Shown piece by piece: positions 18,407 to 27,788 of a DNA stretch of 64,000 bases. This DNA is from an uncultured delta proteobacterium (GTDB taxonomy: Bacteria > Myxococcota_A > Polyangia > Polyangiales > Polyangiaceae), in assembly GCA_963841435.1 (NCBI GenBank), contig CAWJCS010000005.1, positions 1,152,001-1,216,000 of the forward strand. Reading direction: 5' to 3'. Every line of letters starts with the position of its first letter. The stretch's first letter is position 1. A program made the translations under genes and the position numbers. The notes beneath the pieces are model-generated. The model was not told where the DNA came from and ran no database searches. It saw nothing but the letters and a program-made list of their open reading frames with translations.

Positions 18407-19459
18407 TCAGCGCTCGGCACCGCGACGCTCGAGCGCGGAGATCAGCGAGTCGAACGCGTCGCGCATCGCCCACGCCTGTGCGTCCGGATCCGAGAGGCGC
18501 GACGCCCGCGCGCGTCCCTGCGAGAGAGTACGCCGCGGGCCCGCGCAGGCACGCGGCAACCGATGCTCGATGTCGGACGCCGCGCCCTCGTAGATCTGGT
18601 AGCAGGCGCGGTGATTGCCGTCGTTGTAAAGTGGCGCACCCACGGAGATGGCTTCGGCGATGCCGTGAGCGAGCAGCTTGAGCGCGTCGTCGTCACAGCC
18701 CGAAAACACGCCCACGGCGAGCTTCGGTACGTCGCGCTTCTGGGGCGCGAGCCGTCGCCTGAGCTCGGCCATCGAGCTCGCGAAGCGTTCGAACGGAAGC
18801 GGATCCGGACGGGCGACGAGCTCGCGCACGTAGCTCGCGGGGAGCCCGAGATTGAGGTTCTGACCACCCGACAGGATGGCCGTCGCGACGCCGATCACCT
18901 CTCCCTGCTCGTTGAAGAGCGGCCCACCCGACGAACCGGGCGCAATCGGCGCCGAGACCTGCAGCACCACGAGGCCGTCGACCTTGCGCACGGCGCTGAG
19001 TAGCCCATTGGACACCGTGTCCTCGAGGCCGAGGGGGTGACCGATTGCGACGATCGGATCTCCCGGGTGCACGGCGTCGCTGTCTCCCAGCGTGAGCACC
19101 GGCAGCTTCTTCGCCTCGATGCGCAACACGACGAGGTCGTGCGGGGCACTCACGCTCACGACCTCGACGACCGGGTGCACGGTCTTGTCCGGCAGGGCGA
19201 CCGTGGCGCGCTCGGCGCCGGCGACGACGTGCAGGTTGGTGACGATCCAGCCGTCCTCGCGCACGACGAAGCCCGTTCCGAAGCCGTCCGGCGTGCGCAC
19301 GGAGACGATCGACGGCATGGCGCGCACCGCGATCTCAGCCGGCGTCAGCTTGGCGGGCGCGGCCGACGCCGAAGCGACGGTTTTAGACCCCTTTTGCGCG
19401 CCACCGCAGGCGACCAGAGTCGCGGCCGCGACGAGGCAGGCAACGACCCCGGAGCGCAC
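18407..19459 (-). CDS. Trypsin-like serine protease lipoprotein (no PDZ)
   Basis: Lipobox LVAC, GTGFVV, VTNLHVV, HDLVVL, PGSSGGPL. Confidence 0.88.
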   Translation of the reverse strand: MRSGVVACLVAAATLVACGGAQKGSKTVASASAAPAKLTPAEIAVRAMPSIVSVRTPDGFGTGFVVREDGWIVTNLHVVAGAERATVALPDKTVHPVVEVVSVSAPHDLVVLRIEAKKLPVLTLGDSDAVHPGDPIVAIGHPLGLEDTVSNGLLSAVRKVDGLVVLQVSAPIAPGSSGGPLFNEQGEVIGVATAILSGGQNLNLGLPASYVRELVARPDPLPFERFASSMAELRRRLAPQKRDVPKLAVGVFSGCDDDALKLLAHGIAEAISVGAPLYNDGNHRACYQIYEGAASDIEHRLPRACAGPRRTLSQGRARASRLSDPDAQAWAMRDAFDSLISALERRGAER

Positions 19460-19487
19460 AAACTACATTCTAGCACGCCGTCGAGGG

Positions 19488-20303
19488 TCAGGCGGGGCGC
19501 AGCCGGACGAGTGTTTCGGGACGTGCCAGCGCAGCGTCCGTTTCGTCGCTCGCGCCGAGCGCGCCGGGAAGGGACCGGTCGAGCAGGTGCGTCGGCCGCA
19601 CGTTGCCCAGGGCGGCGAACAAGCTACGCCGCAGATCGGGGTGTTCGCGCTCGAGATCGGCGAGCAACGCCTTGACGCGCTTTCGCTGGAGGTTTTCCTG
19701 GGAGCCGCACAGATCGCACGGGATGATGGGAAAGCCTTTCTCCCTCGCGAGCGCGGCGATGTCCGCTTCGGCGCTCGTGATGAGCGGGCGGATCACGACG
19801 TTTCGGCCGTCGTCCGAGTGCAGCCTGGGCGGCATCGCTTTGATCTGCCCAGAGAAGAACAGATTGAGCAGCAGCGTTTCGATGGCGTCGTCGCGGTGGT
19901 GGCCGAGCGCGATCTTCGTCGCCCCGAGCTCACTCGCCACCGTGTAGAGGATGCCGCGGCGGAGGCGCGAGCAGAGCGAGCACGTGGTCTTGCCGGGCGG
20001 CGTCTTCTCCTTCACCACCGAGTAGGTGTCTTCCTCGATGACGCGGTGCTCGAAGCCCCGTGCCGTGAAGTATTCCGGCAAGACGTGCTTGGGAAAACCA
20101 GGGTGCCCCTGGTCGATGTTGACGGCGACGAGCGAAAAATCGAAGGGGGCGCGACGCCGGAGCTCGTGGAGCAGGTAGAGCAGCGCGTGCGAGTCCTTGC
20201 CGCCGCTGACGGCGACGAGCACGCGATCGCCCGGCTCGAGCAACGAGAAGTCCGCGCTCGCTCGCCCGACCTGGGCGAGCAGCCTGTGCTCGAGCCTCTG
20301 CAT
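19488..20303 (-). CDS. ttcA: tRNA 2-thiocytidine(32) synthetase
   Basis: PP-loop [32 protein letters not shown]. Confidence 0.94.
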   Translation of the reverse strand: MQRLEHRLLAQVGRASADFSLLEPGDRVLVAVSGGKDSHALLYLLHELRRRAPFDFSLVAVNIDQGHPGFPKHVLPEYFTARGFEHRVIEEDTYSVVKEKTPPGKTTCSLCSRLRRGILYTVASELGATKIALGHHRDDAIETLLLNLFFSGQIKAMPPRLHSDDGRNVVIRPLITSAEADIAALAREKGFPIIPCDLCGSQENLQRKRVKALLADLEREHPDLRRSLFAALGNVRPTHLLDRSLPGALGASDETDAALARPETLVRLRPA

Positions 20304-20378
20304 GGGCGTCCGGCGTTTTGCCCCGAAAGCCGCCCCCGGGCAAGCCGGCTCCCGCGAAGCTGTGCTACCCCTGCCGTC

Positions 20379-21041
20379 GTGAGCTTCTCGCAGATCGCGC
20401 AGGTCGTGTTGATCGTGCTCGCCGCCGCCGGCGTCTACGGCTTCGTCATGACGGCGCGGGACGGCGAGACGCGCCGGGCCTGTACCGCGCTCTGCGGGCT
20501 CCGGCCCGACTACGCCGGGCGCAACCGCACGGCGCCGGACTTCGAGCTTCCCTCGATCGACGGCAAGAAGATCCGCCTCGCGAGCTATCGCGGAAAGACG
20601 GTCATCCTGCACTTCTGGACCAAAACCTGCCGGCCTTGCCTCGAGGAGCTGCCCGACATCGCGAGCCTCGCGAAGGTGCTGGTGCCGCACCCGGACGTCG
20701 TGCTCCTCACGGTCACGACCGACGAGACCGCGGAGGACGCGCGCGCGACGCTTGAGTCGGTCGTCGGCGAAGCGGCGCCCTTTCCCGTGATGGTCGACCC
20801 GGACGGCGACGCAGTCGTGCTCGCAAAGTACGGCACCAAGCTGTTCCCCGAAACCTGGTTCATCGACCCCGAGGGCGTGATTCGCGCGCGCTTCGACGGC
20901 CCACGCGACTGGACGAGCGCGCTCACGCTCGATTTCGCCCGCGCTCTCCGAGCGCCCATCCCGTGCGAGGTCACGTACGCGGCGGGGCGCCCGTCGGGAC
21001 CCTTCGCCGAGCTCTGCGCCGACGTCGCGCCGGGCAGCTAG
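20379..21041 (+). CDS. TlpA/ResA-like membrane-anchored thioredoxin-fold protein
   Basis: N-terminal [26 protein letters not shown]. Confidence 0.85.
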   Translation: MSFSQIAQVVLIVLAAAGVYGFVMTARDGETRRACTALCGLRPDYAGRNRTAPDFELPSIDGKKIRLASYRGKTVILHFWTKTCRPCLEELPDIASLAKVLVPHPDVVLLTVTTDETAEDARATLESVVGEAAPFPVMVDPDGDAVVLAKYGTKLFPETWFIDPEGVIRARFDGPRDWTSALTLDFARALRAPIPCEVTYAAGRPSGPFAELCADVAPGS

Positions 21042-21143
21042 CCGTCGGCGGCGAACCCCCAAAGCCCCGCCCGCGCACCCCGTAACGGTGGGCAAAACGC
21101 CGGAGCGATGGCGACCCGGGGGGCGACGGAGTAGTCACGCGCC

Positions 21144-21515
21144 ATGGAAAGCTGCCTGATGTGCGGAGGGGACGGTCGCGTCGGCAATGCGTTCGGCGGA
21201 AGCAGCACGACCTGCCCAGGCTGCCACGGCACGGGGCGCCGCGCGGATACGCAGGCCCTCATGCGCGACGTCACGAAGACCAAGCCGTCGCATTACCGCA
21301 CGGTTGACAAGAAGGAAGCCCAGGCGAAGCCAACCTACCCCACGACCTTCGATGGCGTGCAACTCGCGAACGAGGTCAAGGCGTCAGCGAGCGTGACGGA
21401 AGAGACCAAGGCGCGCTTGATTCGCGAGATCATCGAGTACGAAGGCAGCCACGGCAAGTGCACCCAGACCTTCACGAAAAAGATCCGAAAGCAGGTCCGG
21501 CCGCGCGTCGGCTGA
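21144..21515 (+). CDS. Small protein with DnaJ-type zinc-finger repeats
   Basis: CLMCGGDG and CPGCHGTG (CxxCxGxG). Confidence 0.7.
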   Translation: MESCLMCGGDGRVGNAFGGSSTTCPGCHGTGRRADTQALMRDVTKTKPSHYRTVDKKEAQAKPTYPTTFDGVQLANEVKASASVTEETKARLIREIIEYEGSHGKCTQTFTKKIRKQVRPRVG

Positions 21516-21527
21516 AGCCCGGCACCT

Positions 21528-21695
21528 CTAGTCGCTGACGGCGTCGAGGTACACGACGGCGGGCATCGCGCTCGTCGTTTCGCCGAAAACGCGCAGCTCG
21601 ACGCCGATCTGACGCACGGCACTCGGGTCGAGGGCGCCGGGCACGAGCACGGGCGCGTCGCACACGAGCGTCACGTCGAGCCAACCGACCGTCAC
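21528..21695 (-). pseudogene. 3' remnant resembling the C-terminus of a carbohydrate-binding jelly-roll module
   Basis: GWLDVTL...LDPSAVRQIGVEL...VYLDAVSD* pattern; only about 55 aa, no N-terminal part. Confidence 0.4.
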
Positions 21696-21774
21696 GCGTC
21701 TTACCCCGTGACGCTGCGTCCCGAGTGACCCCGCCACGGAATCGGCCGAGGACGCGGTCAGCTCGGTCGCTGCT

Positions 21775-22137
21775 TCAGTCGCCTTCGTACTCGCAGCGGG
21801 CGTCGCACGTTTCGTGCACGATGACACGCTCGAGCTCGGGGAGGCCGGGCTTGAGCTTCTGCCAGAGCCAGCGACCGAGGTGCTCGCTCGTCGGATTTTC
21901 GAGCCCCGGAATTTCGTTCAAGTAGTTGTGATCCAAAAGGTCGTAGAGAGGGCGCCACAGCAGGTCGATCTCGCCGTAGTCGATGAACCAGCCGGTGGCT
22001 TCGTTCACGGGGCCTCGCACGGCGAGCTCGATCTTGAAGCTATGGCCGTGCAGCCGCGCGCACTTGTGCCCGGTGGGCACGTGGGGCAGCCGGTGCGCGG
22101 CCTCGAAGCGGAGCTCCTTGATCAGGCGGACGTTCAT
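21775..22137 (-). CDS. queD: 6-carboxy-5,6,7,8-tetrahydropterin synthase
   Basis: FEAAHRL, KCARLHGHS, LDHNYLN, ENPTSE, HET. Confidence 0.95.
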   Translation of the reverse strand: MNVRLIKELRFEAAHRLPHVPTGHKCARLHGHSFKIELAVRGPVNEATGWFIDYGEIDLLWRPLYDLLDHNYLNEIPGLENPTSEHLGRWLWQKLKPGLPELERVIVHETCDARCEYEGD

Positions 22138-22286
22138 GGGGCGGACCGTAGCAGGCGGGCTCGACCTCGACGAACAGGGAGGGAGGGAGGTCTTGCGGGA
22201 GGCGACCGGCGTGCGAAAACGGCAGAGGGCCGGGGCGGAACCGTTCCACGACGCGCCGTTCCGCGACCTGGGTGTAGCGTTCCGAC

Positions 22287-23372
22287 ATGAGCGGCCAGCT
22301 CACCGGCACGCGCGGATTCGTGGACGACATCGCCGCCTGGCGTCGCGCCGCGACCGAAAGAGCGCCGTCGTACCACCGGCTCTTCGACGAGCTCATCGGC
22401 GTGCTCGGCTCCGACGCGACGACCGATATGGCCGTCGCGCGACGTTTCGAAGGGGCCTGGAGCGAGCGCACCTTCGAGATCTTCTACGATCGACCGATGC
22501 TCTTCGTCGCCGCGCTGCGACGCGACGCGCTCGCCGAGGGCGGGACACATCCGCTCTTCGAGGCCCTCGGCGCGCGCGAGCCCGAACCGCGCGCCGTGAC
22601 GCGAGCCGCGCTGCTCGCGGCGCTCGCGCGCGAATCGGTGTGGGAAGCGCTGCGCTCGAAGTTCGTGCAGACGAACGAAACCTCGCGCGCGCTCGCGTGG
22701 CTCTGGCCCGCCTCCGTCGTCGGTTGCGGCGAAGGAGCGCGCCCGCTCGCTCTTTTCGAGATCGGCAGCGCGGCGGGGCTGAACCTCGTCGCCGACCGGC
22801 TGCCCACCCGGTGGAAGACCGCACGGGGCGACCCACTGCCGTGCGCTCGAGCCCCGCGCGCGCTCGTTCGGCGCGGCATCGACCGAAACCCGCTCGACCC
22901 CTCGCGCGACGACGATGCCAGCTGGCTGCGCGCCTGCGTGTGGGCCGGCGAGTCCGAGCGCATCGAGCGACTCGAAGCCGCGATCGCCGCGTTTTGCGCC
23001 TCGCCCGCGCTCGTCGAGCACGGCGACGTGAGCGAGGCGCCGGAGCGTCTGCGGGCCGTCTCGGCGGAGCGCGAACGGAACGCCGTGGTCATCGCGTTCC
23101 AAACCATCGTGCGTGACTATCTCGACTCCGTGACGCGCGACCGCTACGAGCGCGGCATGCGCGCCTGGCTCGAAGCGGTGCCCCCCGGAAGTGCCCTCTG
23201 GGTCGAGCTCGAGCTCGACCACGACGATCCGGAAAAGCGCGTGCCCATCGTGGCGCACGCCCGCGACACGGCGGGCGCGCTCGACCTCTCGCTCGGCGTC
23301 ACGGGCTATCACCCGGTGACGGTCGCCGTGGACGAGGCCGCGGTCGCAAAGCTCGCCGCGACGTTCCGCTAG
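22287..23372 (+). CDS. DUF2332-family protein
   Basis: QTNETSR, LFEIGSAAGLNL, RRGIDRNPLD, WLRACVW...RIERLEAA. Confidence 0.75.
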   Translation: MSGQLTGTRGFVDDIAAWRRAATERAPSYHRLFDELIGVLGSDATTDMAVARRFEGAWSERTFEIFYDRPMLFVAALRRDALAEGGTHPLFEALGAREPEPRAVTRAALLAALARESVWEALRSKFVQTNETSRALAWLWPASVVGCGEGARPLALFEIGSAAGLNLVADRLPTRWKTARGDPLPCARAPRALVRRGIDRNPLDPSRDDDASWLRACVWAGESERIERLEAAIAAFCASPALVEHGDVSEAPERLRAVSAERERNAVVIAFQTIVRDYLDSVTRDRYERGMRAWLEAVPPGSALWVELELDHDDPEKRVPIVAHARDTAGALDLSLGVTGYHPVTVAVDEAAVAKLAATFR

Positions 23373-23724
23373 CGTGCCGAGCCCGAAGCTCGTCGAAGAG
23401 TCAGTGCTGAAGAGCTCCCTTTTGCCGCCGATCGATCGTTTCGTGGTCGAGCGGCCATACAGCCGCTGTCCCCACCTTCCGCCTTGACTGATCATATCTG
23501 GCCGCGCGAGCGACGGTGGTGCAACGCTGCCGGCGCGCCTCGCTCGATGCTCGCTCGCGCTCCGCCGAGCAGAAGCGCCACGATCGATGTGCGCGCCGTA
23601 CCCACATGGGCCCACGCGTCCGAACGTCGCACGCCGGAAGCGGGTGCCCGCCCAGTCGGTCGCGCGCTATGTTCGAAGACGGTGCGCGCATCGCGAAGCG
23701 TGCGCCCGAAAGGTAGAAGCGAGC

Positions 23725-24702
23725 ATGAAACTCTGGAAGCTCTCGGTCCTCGGCAGCCTTCTTTCCCTGGGGCTTCTCGGCTGCGGCGGCGGTGACGACG
23801 ACTCGACGGGCGGGAACCTCGGCACGGGCGGCACGGGCGGCACGACCTCGATCGGCGTGGGCGGCAGCGGCATCCCAGTCGGTACGGGTGGCACGAGCGG
23901 AAGCAGCGGGGGCACCACGAGCGGGGGTGGAACCTCGGGCACGGCGTACATGCTCCCTCAGGACTTCGAGAAAGCGAACTTCGGCGGCTACAAGCTCGGC
24001 GACCGCGTGACGCCCGGCTCGGAGCCGGACCTCGGCACCGACATGGGCAACGGCTGCGGCGCGGAGATCCTCGGCATCGTGCGCGACTTCAAGAGCGGCA
24101 AGAACCCGGATGGTCACCCGGACTTCGAGACGTTCACGGGCGACGGCGAGAAGGGCATCGTCGAGAACGACCTGGGCGACGACCAGAAGCCCGTCTACGC
24201 GCCCGGCAACCACAAGTTCACGACGACCCAAGAAGCGTTCGACCAGTGGTACGTCAACACCCCCAACGTCAACGACCCGTACTACGTCTACTTCTACCTC
24301 CAGCCCAACGGAGACAAGCTGACGTTCTTCTCCGACGCCTTCTTCCCCCTCGACGGAGCGGGGTTCGGCAACCAGGGCAACGAGCACAACTATCACTTCA
24401 CGACCGAGGTCCACACGACGTTTCGTTACAACGGTGGGGAAACGTTCTCCTTCACGGGCGACGACGACCTCTGGGTGTTCATCAACGGAAAGCTCGCCAT
24501 CGATCTCGGCGGCCTCCACACGCCTCAGACCGCCCAAGTCGTGCTGGACGACGAAGCCAGCCGACTCGGCATCACGACGGGTCAGGTCTACCCGCTGGAC
24601 CTCTTTCACGCCGAGCGCCACACCGTGCAATCGAATTTCCGCATCGACACGAATCTCTATTTCGTCGATTGCGGCGTGATCGTCGACGAGCCCGTTCGCT
24701 GA
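23725..24702 (+). CDS. Fibro-slime (PA14-like) domain lipoprotein
   Basis: Lipobox LLGC, Gly/Thr linker, VRDF..HPDFE, HNYHFTTE, FTGDDDLWVFINGKLAIDLGGLH, FHAERH. Confidence 0.88.
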   Translation: MKLWKLSVLGSLLSLGLLGCGGGDDDSTGGNLGTGGTGGTTSIGVGGSGIPVGTGGTSGSSGGTTSGGGTSGTAYMLPQDFEKANFGGYKLGDRVTPGSEPDLGTDMGNGCGAEILGIVRDFKSGKNPDGHPDFETFTGDGEKGIVENDLGDDQKPVYAPGNHKFTTTQEAFDQWYVNTPNVNDPYYVYFYLQPNGDKLTFFSDAFFPLDGAGFGNQGNEHNYHFTTEVHTTFRYNGGETFSFTGDDDLWVFINGKLAIDLGGLHTPQTAQVVLDDEASRLGITTGQVYPLDLFHAERHTVQSNFRIDTNLYFVDCGVIVDEPVR

Positions 24703-24776
24703 CGTCTCCCGCCCGCGCGTGTCGCGCCGCGGGATACCAGCGTTTCGGCGAACGCCAGCGAGGCTTGGCGAGCGCC

Positions 24777-25115
24777 CTAGCCCGGCCTTGCGCTGGCGCG
24801 GCGGCTCGCCACCACCACGCGGTTGCGACCCAACGTCTTGCCTTCGTAAAGCGCGTCGTCCGCAGCCTCGAGGCACGTCTCGAGCCCGGATCCGCTCTTG
24901 TACTCGGCGACACCGAGGGTCAATGTCACCGTGGCGCCGAGGCTCGGGATGTCGCCCAGCCGGGCCTGGGCGACCGCGCGCAATCGGTTGGCAACGTCGG
25001 CGGCGGCGGCGATCCCGGTTTCCGGCAGAAGAACCAGGAATTCCTCGCCACCCCAGCGAGCAATCACGTCCTGACCGCGCAACGCCTCCCGGAGCAGCGC
25101 ACCCAAGCGTCGCAG
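24777..25115 (-). pseudogene. C-terminal half of a GGDEF diguanylate cyclase
   Basis: RGQD I-site, ARWGGEEF, ADDALYEGKTLGRNRV are present; the N-terminal DID-FK-ND-GH motifs are absent. Confidence 0.8.
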
Positions 25116-25373
25116 CGACACCAGTCGGGCGGCTGGCGTACCCCGCGAACGTCGTCGCCGCAGCATTTCGTGCTCTCGACGGCATGACGCCGAGACGCAT
25201 GGATTGCAGCCGCGGCGTCAGAGGACGAAGCGCTTGCGCGTCCGCGGAACACGGCGACGCTACGGGGCGCGGCGAATCACGCAATCTGCGCGCGCTGCAC
25301 CCGCGGCTGGGGTGTGGCACGTGGATTGCTGGGCGGCGGGCGCGCCCGAAGCGGGCCGCGAAAGGATGACTCG

Positions 25374-26174
25374 ATGCGACCACCGAGACTGGACCTCGCC
25401 GTGAGGTTGGTTGCGATAATTGGGCTCGTCGGCTGTGGCGGCTCCGCGCCGCCTTCGGAGACGGCGGCTTCACCCCCGTCGGCGCCGGCCACGACGGCAA
25501 GCGCCGAGCCCGCCCCGGCAGAGCCGAAGCCGGACGAACCGCCGAAGCCCGACGTTCCGCCCGCGGGCGCGCCGGTCGAGCGCGTCATGAAAGCGCACTT
25601 CACCGACGCCCTGCTGATTCGGCAGGCCGTCATCAACGGAAAACCGGAGGAAGCCTCCAAGCCGGCCACGGCGCTCACCGTGATCCAGAATCCCGATGAG
25701 CTGCCCAACGGTTGGCGAAGCTTCGTCGAGCGCATGCAAGAGACGGCTCGGCGCATCTCGAACAGCACGAGCGCGGCACAAACGGCAGCCGCTGCCGCCG
25801 ACCTCGGAGTGACCTGCGGCATGTGCCACCAGCGAAATGGTGGCCCCAAAGCTTCGAGCGAGCCTGCCCCCGCCGAAGGCACCACCATCGAGAGCCGCAT
25901 GAAGCGGCACGTCTGGGCCACGGAGCGCTTGTGGGAAGGGCTCTACGTCCCTTCCAGCGATGCCTGGCTCGCCGGCGCCAAGGCACTCAGCGCTCACCCC
26001 TTCCCGGACGAAGTCCTGAAGGAGGGCGGCGTGCACGCCCGAAGCGCCGCGAGCGACTTCACGAAGATCGTCGTGAAGGCGCCGACGAAGAAGAGCAGCG
26101 AAGAGCGAGCCGCGCTCTACGCGGACCTACTGGTCACGTGCGGCACCTGTCATCGGGCAATGGCGGAAAAGTAG
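25374..26174 (+). CDS. Di-heme c-type cytochrome lipoprotein (two helical-bundle repeats)
   Basis: Lipobox LVGC, Pro-rich linker, CGMCH and CGTCH each ending a predicted helical repeat. Confidence 0.78.
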   Translation: MRPPRLDLAVRLVAIIGLVGCGGSAPPSETAASPPSAPATTASAEPAPAEPKPDEPPKPDVPPAGAPVERVMKAHFTDALLIRQAVINGKPEEASKPATALTVIQNPDELPNGWRSFVERMQETARRISNSTSAAQTAAAAADLGVTCGMCHQRNGGPKASSEPAPAEGTTIESRMKRHVWATERLWEGLYVPSSDAWLAGAKALSAHPFPDEVLKEGGVHARSAASDFTKIVVKAPTKKSSEERAALYADLLVTCGTCHRAMAEK

Positions 26175-26209
26175 CCGAGTCTCGCGCGGGGCGCCCGCGT
26201 GCGGCTCGG
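26175..26209. terminator. GC-rich hairpin between convergent genes
   Basis: CCGAG...GCGGG-GCG-CCCGC...CTCGG inverted repeat; no U-tract. Confidence 0.35.
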
Positions 26210-26226
26210 GTCGGCCCGGCTCGCGC

Positions 26227-27535
26227 TCACGGGCCGGCGGGCGCAGGCGTCGCCTCGGCGCGGGCGCCGCGCGCCTGGACGAAGAAGTATCGCCCTGCGA
26301 CGACGAGGCCCACGGCGCCGAACGCGGCAAGCGCGTAGGTGACCGTGAGGAAGAAACCGAGGCGCGAGGTCTCGCGAGCGAACACGTCCTTGTAAATCTG
26401 CAGCGCGACGGAGCCGGTGTAGCCCGCGGCATCGGCGAGGTTGATCGCAAACACGGCGGTGCCGACGAAGCGCGTGCCCGCGGTGATGCGATCGAACAAG
26501 AACGAACCGAACGGAACGTACGCGAGATACGCGCCGAAGCCGACCAGCACCATCCAGACCGCGCCCGATACGAGGCCGACCTGGAGCAACGCCGTTGCGC
26601 CTGCGAGCAGCAAGAGGCCGGAACGTCATGCAGGCGAAGACGGCGATGATGCCCTTGATGGGATCCTGAACCCAGCCGAGCGCACCGAGCGTCACGAGCA
26701 CGAGAAAGGCGACGGGGATCTCCGTGCTCGTAAAAAGGGCGGGCTGATTTTCGTAGCCGAGCTCGGCGAAGAGCTCGACACCGTAGTTGTCTCGAAAGTC
26801 GCGAAACGCCGTCAGCCCGAGGTAAACGGCGACGAGCAGCAAGAGCCCTGGCAGGTAGCGTTCGAAGAATTCCCGTCGCCGGGTCGCGTCCATGGGTGGA
26901 CGATCGACGCGTGCTCTCTTGTCCGCGGCGTCCGGTTCGGGCGTCGCGTCCAGGAGGCGCGAGAAAACCAGGAAGGGAGGGAGGAACAGGAGCCCGGTCA
27001 AGAGCGGCATGAAATAAACGTCCACGCCGTGGGCGAGTAGGTAGCGCCCCACGTCCTTGACCACGCCGCTGGCGACGATGAACGAAGCGCTCAGACCCGA
27101 AAGTAAGAGCTCACTCGTGCGCCGCCCTTCGAGGTAACGGACGACGAGCCCCCACACCATGCCGAGCGGCAGGCCGTTCATGAAGATGGCGACGACCTTG
27201 AGCGGCGCCGGCAGCACCGCGAACCCGAGGAGCGCGAGCTCCGCAGCGGCGATGATCCCGACGAGCATGGGCCAGCGCCGTGCCCGCGACGCCTCCGACA
27301 CGAACTTCACGGCCAGATACTTCGAGCAGGTGTAGCCGATGATTTGGCTGATCACGAAGGCGGTCTTGAGCTCGACGCCGAGCAGCGTGTCGCCCGCATA
27401 GCTCCCCGCGGCGAACGGCTTGCGGAAACCGTACATGCAAAAGTAAGTGCCGAACGCGAGCGCGATGGTCTTGGCGGCGACGAGCCGCCTGGGTCGCGCG
27501 GGTCGAGCGTGCATCGGGCTGCCGTCCTCGAGCAT
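26227..27535 (-). CDS. DUF5690-like MFS-type membrane protein, +1 frameshift at about 26622
   Basis: AFGTYFCMYGFRKPF, NGLPLGMVWG, YLEGRR, FRDFRDNY; the C-terminal part (LAYVPF..FDR, NLADAAGYTGS) is in another frame. Confidence 0.78.
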
Positions 27536-27788
27536 GGCGTGAACGCCTTCCTTGGGTGCGACGCCCGAGGGAGTCAAACCGACTACGGCGGTCACGCCCA
27601 ACGCCAGACGCGCGGCCTGCCTCACCGTGACCCATTAGGCGACCCGAGATCCGCTCCGGCTGAACCGGAGGGGCAGAGCGGAGCAAGAGCAGGTGAGACG
27701 AGGTGCGACATCCAGCTACTCGCCTCGCTGAATGCGTGCGAAGAGTCCTTGAGTGTGGGGCCGACCGCAGTCACGATTGGAAGTTGAC

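Noticed and set aside
19092..20378. Apparent long N-terminal fusion to the TlpA protein
   Set aside because: Antisense to ttcA and the protease gene; the real start is about 20379.
21144..21515. CPGCH as a heme-binding motif
   Set aside because: It is part of a CxxCxGxG DnaJ-type zinc finger in a protein with no export signal.
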